A stretch of DNA of 63,943 bases, counting the filler, from Folioceros fuciformis (taxonomy: Eukaryota): the NCBI GenBank assembly GCA_049999805.1. It is 13 parts of 13 records of this genome, joined end to end, with 100 filler letters (N's around TTAATTAATTAA, not from the genome) between each part and the next. Parts side by side here need not be neighbours in the genome. Positions count along the whole stretch, not along the records: positions 8,437 to 11,330 come from JBNGIO010001397.1; positions 11,431 to 18,563 come from JBNGIO010001398.1; positions 18,664 to 30,585 come from JBNGIO010001399.1; 10 more parts are not named here. One strand, 5' to 3'. This document shows, piece by piece, positions 10,333 through 21,662 of the stretch (position 1 is the first letter of the stretch; each line of letters starts with the position of its first letter). Below the pieces are notes generated by a model. It did no database searches. It worked only from the letters and a program-made list of their open reading frames with translations, and was not told where the DNA came from. Made by a program: the position numbers and the translations under genes.

Positions 10333-12094
10333 CGGCGTCGGTGCATGCGCGTTCAGAAGAAGACTCGGTGGGGTTTCGTGGGTCTTCGCGCGCATATCCA
10401 AACCTCCATGACTGGGGGTGCTGGTCGTACGCATCTACAACACAACATGGGTCATGGCTCTGCAACAACACCATGGATGGCACTTTGGTTGGAACACGGG
10501 GCCCGACGGGGAGGATTTTCGTGAACTGGGGTTTCCACTCCACTGCAGTGCCGCACTGCACGCACCAATCGGCCTCTTGAATGCGCGCTGGAACGGAAAG
10601 CTACAACCGAAGGACACGTTCCACACACCCTTCCGACACGTACCACTTCTCGTCGTGGACGGATGTACTGTGCGTATGTGTGTAGATAACTAGTTGGGCA
10701 AACGGTGGTGCGGGTGTTCCAGGGATTTCACTCCCACGCGGTACGTACTTGTGATGGAAGCGAGAGAGTGAAAGGTCGACAGTAGCCCCGGAGACTCCCG
10801 GGACGCGAGACGGCCGTCGTGCATGATCACAGGAGGTCAAGTCCGAGTCCGCTCCGCTCCGCTAATATGCCGCATCTGAACCGTGGAAAGGTTCAAACGC
10901 GATCACCGCAACTCCACCGTGACGACAGCGAGGAGAGGACAGGAAAGGAGCGGCAAGGAGAGGAGAGCTTGCAGTGACCGTCTTCCGTCTCCACTGGAGT
11001 TCGAGAAAAAGCGGGCCGCGGGACGGAATTCAATGCCGCGCCTCGCAGTCCGCTCCTCCGCTCCGCTCCGCTCTGCTCTGCTCCGCCGCAATCGGAGCGG
11101 ACCAGCTCCAGAACCCAATCCGATCCCTGCTCCGCTGCTGGCGCGCCACCCTAACTAACCTGGCATCCATGACCTGGTCTAATCCGATCAGTCCCGCCGC
11201 CAGATTAGGTGTCCCAGCAGGCAGAGCAGGCAGGATGAGCGATGTCTTAGGAGCCTGTTATGCGGGAAAATGCGTCACCGCCACACATGGCACGCGCGCA
11301 GGCTCTCGGGTGACGCAGCATCGTTTCCGGNNNNNNNNNNNNNNNNNNNNNNNNNNNNNNNNNNNNNNNNNNNNTTAATTAATTAANNNNNNNNNNNNNN
11401 NNNNNNNNNNNNNNNNNNNNNNNNNNNNNNGAGTACAAAACGTATACAAGCTGGTACATGTGAAGTCGGCCACGTGGCGAAAAGGAGTATCCAACCCTAT
11501 CCGTGCCCCACCACTTCGTCAGTTAACATGAGGACTGACCAGTTTTTCGTTGTGCCGCCCTCGTTCCTCATCCGCTCGCTCTGGAGCTTTGCTTCTGTGA
11601 CCTGCCTGTCTACCTCCCCGATACACGCAAAGTTGCGCCATTATGTGGCACTGGCAATGCAGTTGGTGGCTGCTCAGGGTATGGGCCAGCGGTGAGTGAG
11701 TGAGTGAGAGTGATTGAGCTTTCTACTAGTATCTACCTCCTGCCTCCTCTTGGCCATTGTGTGGAGCTGCTAACAGCCTTGCCGCCTGCTCCTTCTTCCT
11801 TGACACAGTCTGTGTGCTCATGAGGTGAATCGAATGCTGGTCTATTTGTAGGGTTTGTTCGGTGGAGCGCAGTGGAGTGGAGTGCGCACTCACACTCTCT
11901 CCTGCACCGGGGGTCGGATGTATTATGACAAACATGCACAGACAATCCAGTGGTGGAAGCAGCTGCAGCCGGAGCAGCAGCAGCAGCAGCGTCTGCCAAT
12001 TTCTGCACCCCTTGCCCATGAGCACCATTCAGAGAGCAGCAGGCTGCTGCTGTTGTGCCGTCAGCTAGCTAGGTAGCTAGGTAGGTCGGTGGCC

Positions 12095-14412
12095 ATGGAG
12101 TCGAGCTGGGTTTCCGTGGATTCTCCGGGCTGCTCTTCTCACCACGTACGTGTGGGCTTTCTGAGGCTCCGCTGGTCCAATCGAGTGTCCAAGCTGATTC
12201 GCTTGACCCAGTGCACCGCATTTGGGGCCTCGGCCGGGGCCTCATGTGGGGACAGCGTCGTGGGCTCCCCACCCATGTTGGCCTCACACCTCCACCATCG
12301 GATGAACACGCAGTCCCTGGATTTCGCAGGATGTGCTGCTACCGCCTCCACCTCCTCCTACCATGTAGATGCTAGGAACAAACACACTGAAGACAGGCTG
12401 ATGTTAGCGAGGATATGTATGCGTGTGTCCGGTGTCAGTCTCCCAACCTCGTCGTCCAGGTCCAGGAGGGGAGCCCAACTGGCGAGGGGGAAATGGAGTG
12501 TCCACTTGGTGAAGAAGGGCGGGAAGCTGCATTCCATGTTAGGGAAGCAACCCAGGATGTTAACTTTGTGCCTAGGCAGTAGCAGTAGTGCTGCAGGGAA
12601 GAGCAAGTGCGACAGTGGGAATCCGCTGTGGAATGCAGCTTCTAAGGAGGAGCTGTACGGAGATAAGGTGTTGCCCAAGGTACTAGCTGAGCTTGTGCCG
12701 GTCGACACGAGTCCCGGAGTCTTCATCACTCCCTCTCTGCAGCGTCACTCTGAGAATGCCCGGGTCTTCACCAGAGATGTTGCTGAGATAGCCTCCCACC
12801 TTGCGGACCTTGGTCTCGATGAACTGGCACGTGATAAGTGCCTAGATCATGTCTCCGATGATGCCACTGCCACTGGTCTTCTCGACTTCTTAGCTACCCT
12901 GCAATCTTTGGGGCTAACACCAGCTGACATAGCCACCTTGCTGACAAAGTTTCCAGCAGGGGTGAAAGTTCGATCGGATCAGTGCAAACTGCTTGTAGCT
13001 TACCTCTCCAACTTGCAGCTTGCCCTCTCTGACATAGGCCAAATATTCTTGAGGTGCCCTTCGCTGTTACTAAGCGATGAGAGGAACATGAGGGAGATCA
13101 CAGATTTCTTCGCGTCTCTAGGTGTTCAGGACATTGCAGCAATCATTCTGGGCAGGCCTCAGGTGCTCAATCACCCAGCTGACAGAATTAAGAACATTCT
13201 GGGCGTTCTTATGGAGGCAGCTGTGCCCAAGGAGGATCTGGAAAGGGTTATTAGGAAGGCCCCCGAGCTATTCTCGGGTACCACCTTGAAAAATCTCAAG
13301 CCCAAGCTGGAGTTTCTGACGGAGGCAGGTCTCAGGGGTGGTGGCCTTGGAAAAGCCATTGCACGGCGGCCTAACATTCTCAATTACAACCTAGAGAAGA
13401 TGCGAAACACTTCTGTATACTTGCAGGGAATGCTAGGAGAGAAGGGTGTGGCAAAGCTCATCAAAAGGTATGCAGAGGTCTTGGTATTGGATCCCAGAAG
13501 AAAGATGCTTCCAGTTGTCAATTATCTTCTACACCTTGGCGTGAAGCCTGATGATTTGGGCAAGGTTATTCTCCGCCGTCCTCAGATTTTGGGGTACACC
13601 TTGAATGGAATGCAGCCCACTGTAGATTACTTTCTGACACTGGGGGTGAAGGAGAAGATGCTGGGAAAGGTGATCACGATTTCTCCCCAGGTATGTGTTT
13701 GCCAAATCTACTTCTTAGCTGCTCGACTTGATCTGGAAGCAAATCAGAGGGTCCCCGGAATGGCTCTCAAGGCTTCCAGTGCTTTTCTTTTCAGGTGCTC
13801 ACCCTGAATGTCGAAGATAAGCTCAAGCCGGTCGTTGAATTTTTCCGCTCAAACGGGTTAAGTGGAGAGAGAGATATGGAGTATGTCCTAACCCGGAATG
13901 CCCAGATATTATGCTGCAGCATCGAGCAAAACCTTCGACCCAAGTTCGAATTTCTCACGTCCTTGGGACTGGAAACGAAAGAGATAGCAAGCATGATAGT
14001 GCTGTTTCCGTCAATGTTGGGCCAGAGTATAGGAGGCTCGTTACAACCAAAGTCTTACTACCTTGTCCACGTGATGAACCGGTCGGTGCACGAGGTTGTT
14101 GATTTCCCTCAGGTAAAGGTTTGCTTGCGAGCTGCTGCTGTGTTCTCCTCCTTCATGGCACTGTGTGTGGATCTTCTACAACACGACACACAGTCGTTTC
14201 TAACTTGTTTGCTTGTGCCACAACAGTACTTTGGGTACAGCCTGGAGAAGCGCATCAAACCAAGGTATGAAAAGTTAGTTGCAAAGGGTGTAAAAGCCAG
14301 TTTAGCATCGATGCTAGCCTGCGTTGATGCCGACTTTGAGATGCGGTATGTGAGGGGAAACCCACCAAAGCGACGCCCCTACAAGTCCCGGAGGAGGGGC
14401 ATACCCCCTTAG
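12095..14412 (+). CDS. mTERF (mitochondrial transcription termination factor) family protein, organelle-targeted; 3 exons
   Basis: Exons 12095-13690, 13795-14112 and 14227-14412 with GT-AG introns. Repeated mTERF motifs (RRPNILNY, RRPQILGY, LKPVVEFF, FPQYFGYSLEKRIKPR) and a long S/R-rich transit-peptide-like N-terminus. Confidence 0.92.
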
Positions 14413-15622
14413 TTGTATTTTCTTCCTCTCCCGGTAGTTGTAACTGATCTTTGCAGTTAGGCTTCGATTCAGGTGGCCGGGAAAACAGTACAACCTTCTT
14501 CCCCACCTACGCCTCTCTGTGAGTACCGCTGTCCGGGAACCTCCGTTCTTCTTCCGTCACCGATAACGCATGCGGTCGCCAGGGGAGGACAGCGGTCCCC
14601 TGACGTGCGGGAAATGTCAGGGTTCCAACCATCTCATGGGTTCCGTTCCGGAAGGGACGGGGGTGGAAGTGAAGCATTGCATCATGATGCAGGAGATCGG
14701 TAACCTTTCAGATGTGCTGGAGGAAGACGCTCTGTGTTCTGCCTTTTCTTCTCGCGAAAGGGGAGAGCAGGATCGGAGCGTCTTCCTTCCACGATGGCAC
14801 AGATCAAGCTGCTGTCACCTGTGTACTTCCAGCGATTCTCGCTGCTCTTCCTCTTCAATGACTTCGTTGCCTGCTTTTTCTCCTACTCCCTCGATGACAC
14901 GAGCGGGTTCCCGCAGCCACAGCCAGGCTTCAGCCCAGGAGGTGAGTCTTTGTCTAACGTGAGAGCAGTACACCCCCTATCACGATCACAGAAGCAGCTA
15001 GGTTTTTTAACAATTCCTCCGGTCATCGGTGACAACAGGACGAGGAGGAGGAGTACAAAAGCAAAGGACTTCTCGGCAGCAGGGAAGGCATGACCACCTA
15101 TAATGTTTCTCTTCGAAGGCCTGGTACATACTCAAATGCCAAGACGCTAACAGACGAGCGACGCGAAATGAATTGACTTGTCTCACATACAAAAGTGTCA
15201 GAGCCCACATCGAACGTGTCAGCGTACTCGTACGTACGGCAAAGCGTCAGCACAGCGCGTAGGTGAATCAAAACTAATGGATGAATTCCCCTCGATGGCG
15301 CGAGGAGAAGACACCACCTGCCTAACTGCTAACCCTAGCTACAATCGTCTTCTCCCCTCAACCGCGCACTTCCCAGCTCACCACGCGGTCATGCCTTCTT
15401 TGAACTTGCGGCACCGTCGTAATTAGAACAGCCCTGTCTCCCACAAGCACAGCCACAACATCACAAATTACAGAAGTCACCAGCAAGAAATGGAAGTGAA
15501 ACCAAACCCTAAAGATCGGGTAGACTTGTACATGACACAGTTAGGGCATCAGCATCACACCGACGGAACAGGCAAGAAGTGCACAACCATCGGTATCTGT
15601 CTGCACGGAAGATGCAACTTAC

Positions 15623-17604
15623 AGAGTCCTGAGCAACTTCAATGTAGTCCCTCTCCAACGCCGCTAGATCCTCACGAGCCTCGGAGAATTCACCCTCCTC
15701 CATCCCTTCACCGACGTACCAGTGGACAAAGGCACGCTTTGACCACATGAGATCGAACTTGTGGTCCATTCGGGAAAAAACTTCGGCAACTGCAGTGTTG
15801 TTACTAATCATGCACACCGCACGCTGAACCTTAGCGAGATCGCCTCCAGGCACAACCGTCGGTGGCTGATAGTTTATTCCACACTTGAAGCCGGTGGGGC
15901 ACCTGGAGAAGCAGAGATGAGATATACGGATGAGGTCACATAATTGGGTTGGGAGGGTACAGGAGGCAACGTACCAGTCCACAAATTGCACTGTTCGCTT
16001 CGTCTTGATTGTTGACACAGCAGCATTCACATCCTTGGGAACTACGTCCCCTCTGTACATGAGGCAGCATGCCATATACTTCCCATTCCGAGGGTCACAT
16101 TTCACCATCATGCTGGACGGCTCAAATACAGAGTTGCTTATCTCCGACACAGACAACTGCTCATGGAAGGATTTTTCTGCTGAGATCACAGGGGCATAAG
16201 AGGAGAGCATGAAATGAATTCTAGGATACGGCACCAAGTTAGTCTGGAACTCCGTTATGTCAACATTCAGAGCTCCGTCAAAACGCAAGGACGTTGTTAG
16301 TGAAGATATTATCTGGGATATCAGTCTGTTCAGATTAGTATAGGTTGGGCGTTCAATATCCAGAGACCTTCTGCAGATATCATAGATGGCTTCATTGTCC
16401 AGGAGCACAGACACGTCGTTGTGCTCGAGAAGAGCGTGAGTCGAGAGAACACTGTTGTATGGCTCAACAACAGCATTGGAAACCTGGCATCCGGGCAACC
16501 CTGTGAGCATCACAAATCCAAGGGCAGCAGCAGGGTAGCCACAACAGGGAATGGTAGTACTTGTGTGTGTACCTGGGGGGAGGGATAGATAGTAAATCCC
16601 AGTTTAGACTTCTTTCCATAGTCTACTGTAAGACGTTCCAGAAGCAGAGATCCCAACCCAGAACCAGTCCCTCCCCCCACCGCACTAAACACAAGAAAAC
16701 CTTGCAGCCCAGTGCAGTTTTCGGCCAACTTCCTTACTCGGTCCAAACAGAGGTCGACTATGTCCTTCCCCACTGCTCACAGCAGGCCAAACGGCCAAAG
16801 CTCAATAGCAGTGGTAAAAAAATAGACAGAGGCAGCCGTATTTCTGATACATGCACATGCTACAGCGACGTGGATTCAGCATATTCATAGGAACAAGGAT
16901 GTCACACGGATTCAACTGCCCATACCTTACCTCATAGCTTGGAAACGAGCTATATGGTGCAGCACGTCCATCAATGTTTGCCGTGCTCTCTAGAATTTCA
17001 AGCACAACATGGATGATGCAGGAAGTGCTGTCCTTTTCGCCGTCAGTCTACAAAGACAACAGACTGCCATTCTGGCATGCAACACGAAACAAAACTTCCG
17101 GTTAAAGTGTGCATAGATTCTCCATCTTCCATACTGCTGCCACAAGGACCAAGAAGCATCCACCTACTAAGTACCTCAACAGCAACGACCTCCCACCCAC
17201 CTGTATAATGCCCCCGGGCGAAGTTGTTGGCCGCATCTTCCTTTCCGGATATAAGCTGTTCTGGATGGAACAGCGCCCTGTAAGTCCCAGACCGGACTTC
17301 GTCCACCACAGTGGGCTCCAAATCCACAAACACCGCTCTGGGCACATGCTTCCCCGTCCCCGTTTCACTAAAGAAGGTGGTGAACGCGTCGTCATTTCCT
17401 ACCGTATCGCTGCACGCTGGACCATTTGGTGAACATGCCATACCTTCTCCCCAAGTAGGAAGCAAACAAAAAATGCAGTCGTTGTACTCACTCAGGGAAT
17501 CTGCCGTCCGGTTGGATCCCATGCTCCAGACAGTAGAGCTCCCAGCATGCATTCCCCACTTGGATTCCTGCCTGCCCGATATGGATGCTCACGATTTCTC
17601 TCAT
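15623..17604 (-). CDS. TUA: Alpha-tubulin (divergent; final tail exon unresolved)
   Basis: Exons 17604-17492, 17409-17201, 16772-16573, 16483-15975 and 15902-15623. [76 protein letters not shown] donor follows …IEVAQDS. Confidence 0.97.
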
Positions 17605-18663
17605 TTCCCACTCCTCCGAGCTCCCAATTGGACTTACGATGCCTAGACTGCTTAACGGCAGCGATTATCCCAACCAAAATCCTCGATCCCAAGAGCAACA
17701 CAGGCACGGATCTGGGGTTCCCGATTCTGCGCTATTGGAGGCCTTACAACCCAACCGATGCAGCGCTTGGGTGGGATGGCATTTCGACCAACTGGGTTCC
17801 AGGGATGTGCTGGGGGTTGCGGTCATTAGTCTACGGTCTGATTTCGCATATCAGGGTTCCATTGTTCTCACGCTCGAATTTGGTGGGAACCAGAACAGTC
17901 GGGGCAGTTCAGACTGGAGTTGTCTCAGCTACGAAGGTACAGATGGGAGAATTTCTACGTGTTGGGGCAACATTTCTTCCTGACGTCACGACCAGCCGCT
18001 TCCAGCTAACCCGGTAGCCAAGATCGGCAAGTCAAACCATTTGTAATTCGATACAAAAGCTTCGTTATTGCACGGACTGGTGGGCACTATGAGATCGGGC
18101 TCCGAGGAAGGGATGTCCGGAGTGTGCAGCATTTTGGGCACCGGGAGGTAAGCGGGCCTCAATGACAGTCATGATGACAAGCAGGTCCAAGAGCCTGGGG
18201 CGGTCGGCCTCGGGCCACCGGCGTCCGCATGCTCGCCGGATGACAATCGAGGAATGGTGGTCCAATTTGGAGTCGTATATGTGAGTTACTACAACTCGGG
18301 AATCCCATCCTGAATTCCAGCTGTTCACACATGCTGCAGACGGATTCATGTGGGAGGTGTGGGCAGGTATATATCGAAGCAAACCGAGATTTTCAATAGC
18401 TTCATGTACACACTGGGACGAAGACATGCGAGGTTCGCTTTGTTGCGTTGCACATTCAACACCATGCGGAGTTCTCGTGAGTGAGGCCACGAAGCTTCAG
18501 ATTTTAATTTCTGTGGTGCTGTTGTGCTGGAGGACAGATTTCTGCAATTATGGTACACTTGTGNNNNNNNNNNNNNNNNNNNNNNNNNNNNNNNNNNNNN
18601 NNNNNNNTTAATTAATTAANNNNNNNNNNNNNNNNNNNNNNNNNNNNNNNNNNNNNNNNNNNN

Positions 18664-21268
18664 AAGGGAGGGAGGGGTCGCGTGAGCCACGCATCGGGGT
18701 GCGGCTGGGGAGAGACGGGAGAATGCGGGCGAAGGTTGTGGGCGGGGCCGGGGCCGGGGCCGGAGCCGGAGCGAGGGGGGTGGTGGATTGGGAGCCCATC
18801 GCCCTGAGGGGGGGGAAGCCGGTGGAGGAGGCGGACCAGGTGCAGTGGCTGGCGCACAGTTTGAACTGCGCTCCCGCGCGGTTGCGGCGGGTTCATCTAT
18901 CCAGGCTCATGCACAGCGCCAGGTTGAAGCTCACGGACGCCAGGCTCCTGGAGCTGGTGCGGATGTTGGCCGAGTTGGGCAATTGGCGCCGCGCGATGCT
19001 GGCGGTGGATTGGGTTTATGCTCGGCAGCATTCTCGCTACTCCAAGAGCAGGTTTGTGGTCCGCCTCTCTGAGCTTTGGTGATGATTTCGTTTCACGGTC
19101 CGATGGATTTGGTTACGCCTGCCAGGTTCGTGCTCACCACGCTGCTGGCCGTGCTCGGGAGGGCGCGGCGGCCCCTGGAAGCTTCCCGAGTCTTCGATGT
19201 CATGCTTGTGCGTAACCCACAATGCTAGCCTCCCCGGTATCCCTGTGGGCTGTGAGCTGAGTGTGGGCTATTTGCTTGATTGGTAGGAGTCGCCCTCTGC
19301 TTACCCGGACATGGCGGCGTACCGTAGCATTGCTGTCACGCTTGGGCAGGCTGGGTGTCTGCGCCAGCTGCTGGCCCTGGTGGAGAGGCTCAGGCAGGGT
19401 GCCGATTCCAGGATTTTGAGGGTTGTTCATTTGGATGACGACGGCCGGCTTCAGCCTGACGTCGTTGTCTACAATGCGGTAGGTTTTTGGAGGCTCTTTT
19501 GGTCCTCTGCAGGTTGTGTGAACTATGTGCGGTTGATCCAGAGATGAGTAAGACTTGCTTCTTCTGTCTGCGCAGTTGCTGAATGCATGTGCTGTGAGAG
19601 GGCAGTGGAAGGGTGCCCAGTGGGTGCTCGACAGGATGAGCAAGGAGGGTGTGAATCCCAATTCTGCTACCTTCGGATTGGCCATTGAGGTATGAGAGCT
19701 GCATGTCCTTCGCGATGCTTCAATGTGAAGGGAATGCCTGGTTTGCGGTGGGCAGCATCTGAGAAAAGATTACTTTGCCCCCTCCAGGTGACAGTGAAGG
19801 GAGAGCAAGTAGAGCTGGCGGTGAACTATTATAACAGAATGGAGAGGGGCGGTTTCCACCCCAACTTCCTGACCATCAAAGGTACTTGTCACCATTGCTT
19901 TGTCTTTGTTTCCAGCGATCGTGTGATTTGATGGAGTTCGCGGGTCGAGGACTTACCAGGACGAACGATGGGCAGCGCTTGTCCAGGCATGTGGTTTATC
20001 CGGGAATGCAGACCTGGCTGTTGAGCTGGTTGAGGACATGAAGTTTCGAGGGATAGTGGCGGGAGCTAGCCTGTACTACACCCTTGCTTGCACCCTTTGC
20101 AGATGCGGTAGATGGCGCGACGCTCTGCTTCAGGTACTTGAGTTTCATGACGCTCTTGAAATTCGCAAGATTGCATACTCGGAGTTGCAGACACTGACTG
20201 TTCCTCTTTGTTCTATGTTCGTTTCCATGGGCCAGATTGAGAAGACAAAGCACCTTGCTTCGAGGAAAGACGATGTCGTCACCTACACGGGGCTCATACG
20301 GGCATGCGGGGAAGCGGGACTTTGGCAGGATGCGGTCGATGTGTTTGATCACATGCGGACCGTGTGCCCCCCCAACATCGGGACCTTCAATGTCATGATA
20401 GGGGTGTACGGGAGGAACAAACTCTTCTCTGCAGCTATGGCCCTGTACGAAGGGATACGGAAGGGGGTGTTCGTCCAATCGAAACTACACAGGAACCACC
20501 CAAGGCTATCTCCTGATGACTTCACCTATGAAGCTGTGCTTGGAGCTTGTGTAAGATCGGCGGAATGGGACGCCTTTGAAGAGATCTACGCAGCGGCAAG
20601 GTTGCATGGCTTTCAGCTGGACAGCCAGAGGCACACTTGGCTTGTCACGTCCATTTCAAGAGCAAATAAGGTAATGGTTATCGTATGCCACAAGTCTGTC
20701 GTCCCTTAGTCGCGGAACACCTCTCTGAACACCTTCGTGGTGCCCACTGCAGGTGGACCTGGTGAAAAGCATCTTCATGCATCTCGAAGAATCCCGACAA
20801 GTCCCGTCTCTGCAGATGTATCAGCAACAGATGTCGGCTTGCTACAGGGCCGGCAAGTTCCGGCAGGTGCTCTTGCTCTTGAATCAAATGTCCAGCCATA
20901 TGATTTCCATGACTCGGTTGGAGTGGAACACAGTTCTTGGGCTTCCAACTGAGCCAATCACGTCTGCCCATATCGAGGACTTCATCCTTCAGCTCTGCAG
21001 TGTGAAGGAGCCCGAAGACCAGACCTTGCTGGACAAAGTCAGGGAATGTATGCGCTCGATTTTCGCAGGACCTGAACCTGAAGAGCGGCCTTCATCGCAG
21101 CAACTAGGCACCAACGGTAAAGCCTCGTTCCCGGATTTGGTCCTTGAGGAAGGACGCCAACTCAGATCTGCTCCTCAGGAACCGGCCAATGGTCTTTGGT
21201 GTGACGAACTGAGCTTGTTTGCCCCGAGGAACTTTACCGATGAGCCTAGCTTTCAACCCTCCGTGTAA
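18664..21268 (+). CDS. P-class pentatricopeptide repeat protein, DELAYED GREENING1/EMB2279-like, 5'-truncated at contig edge
   Basis: Eight exons (<18664-19051, 19126-19207, 19287-19478, 19576-19689, 19788-19881, 19976-20133, 20236-20670, 20753-21268). YPDMAAYRSIAVTLGQAG, PDVVVYNA, SLYYTLACTLCRCGRW and CPPNIGTFNVMIGVYGRN match the DG1 clade as I recall it. Confidence 0.9.
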
Positions 21269-21662
21269 TTAATGTTTAAGAAACGGATAGGTACCGTGTT
21301 AGGATCGTATTGTTTACTGAAGACTGAGCGGAAGAAACGTCTTTTCCCACGCCGAGTCGCGCAGTGTCCGCCGGCGGGAGCAGGGTGGCTCCCTCTCAAT
21401 CTGCTCGTGGGAAGGATTCTTGCGTAGACGGAAAGATTTGAGCAGTTGCAAATGCGCAAGAGGAAGAGGAGGATTCAGCCAGATCTGGTGACGCTGCTGC
21501 GGAACTGAACTTTCACCAGCTGCTTTCGCTTCTTCTGGACTCAAGGGTTTCTGGTATGCTCTCCTTGTCATTAGTTTGCCGACGTCATGGTCGGAGATGG
21601 AGGTCTGAGGACGATGTAAATCCGCAGGACCGTACCTCTCGCAGGGACTAGGAGGGGCAACC

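Noticed and set aside
8437-11330. Many short overlapping ORFs
   Set aside because: They derive from GC-rich microsatellites and low-complexity DNA; no recognisable domains or splice-consistent gene.
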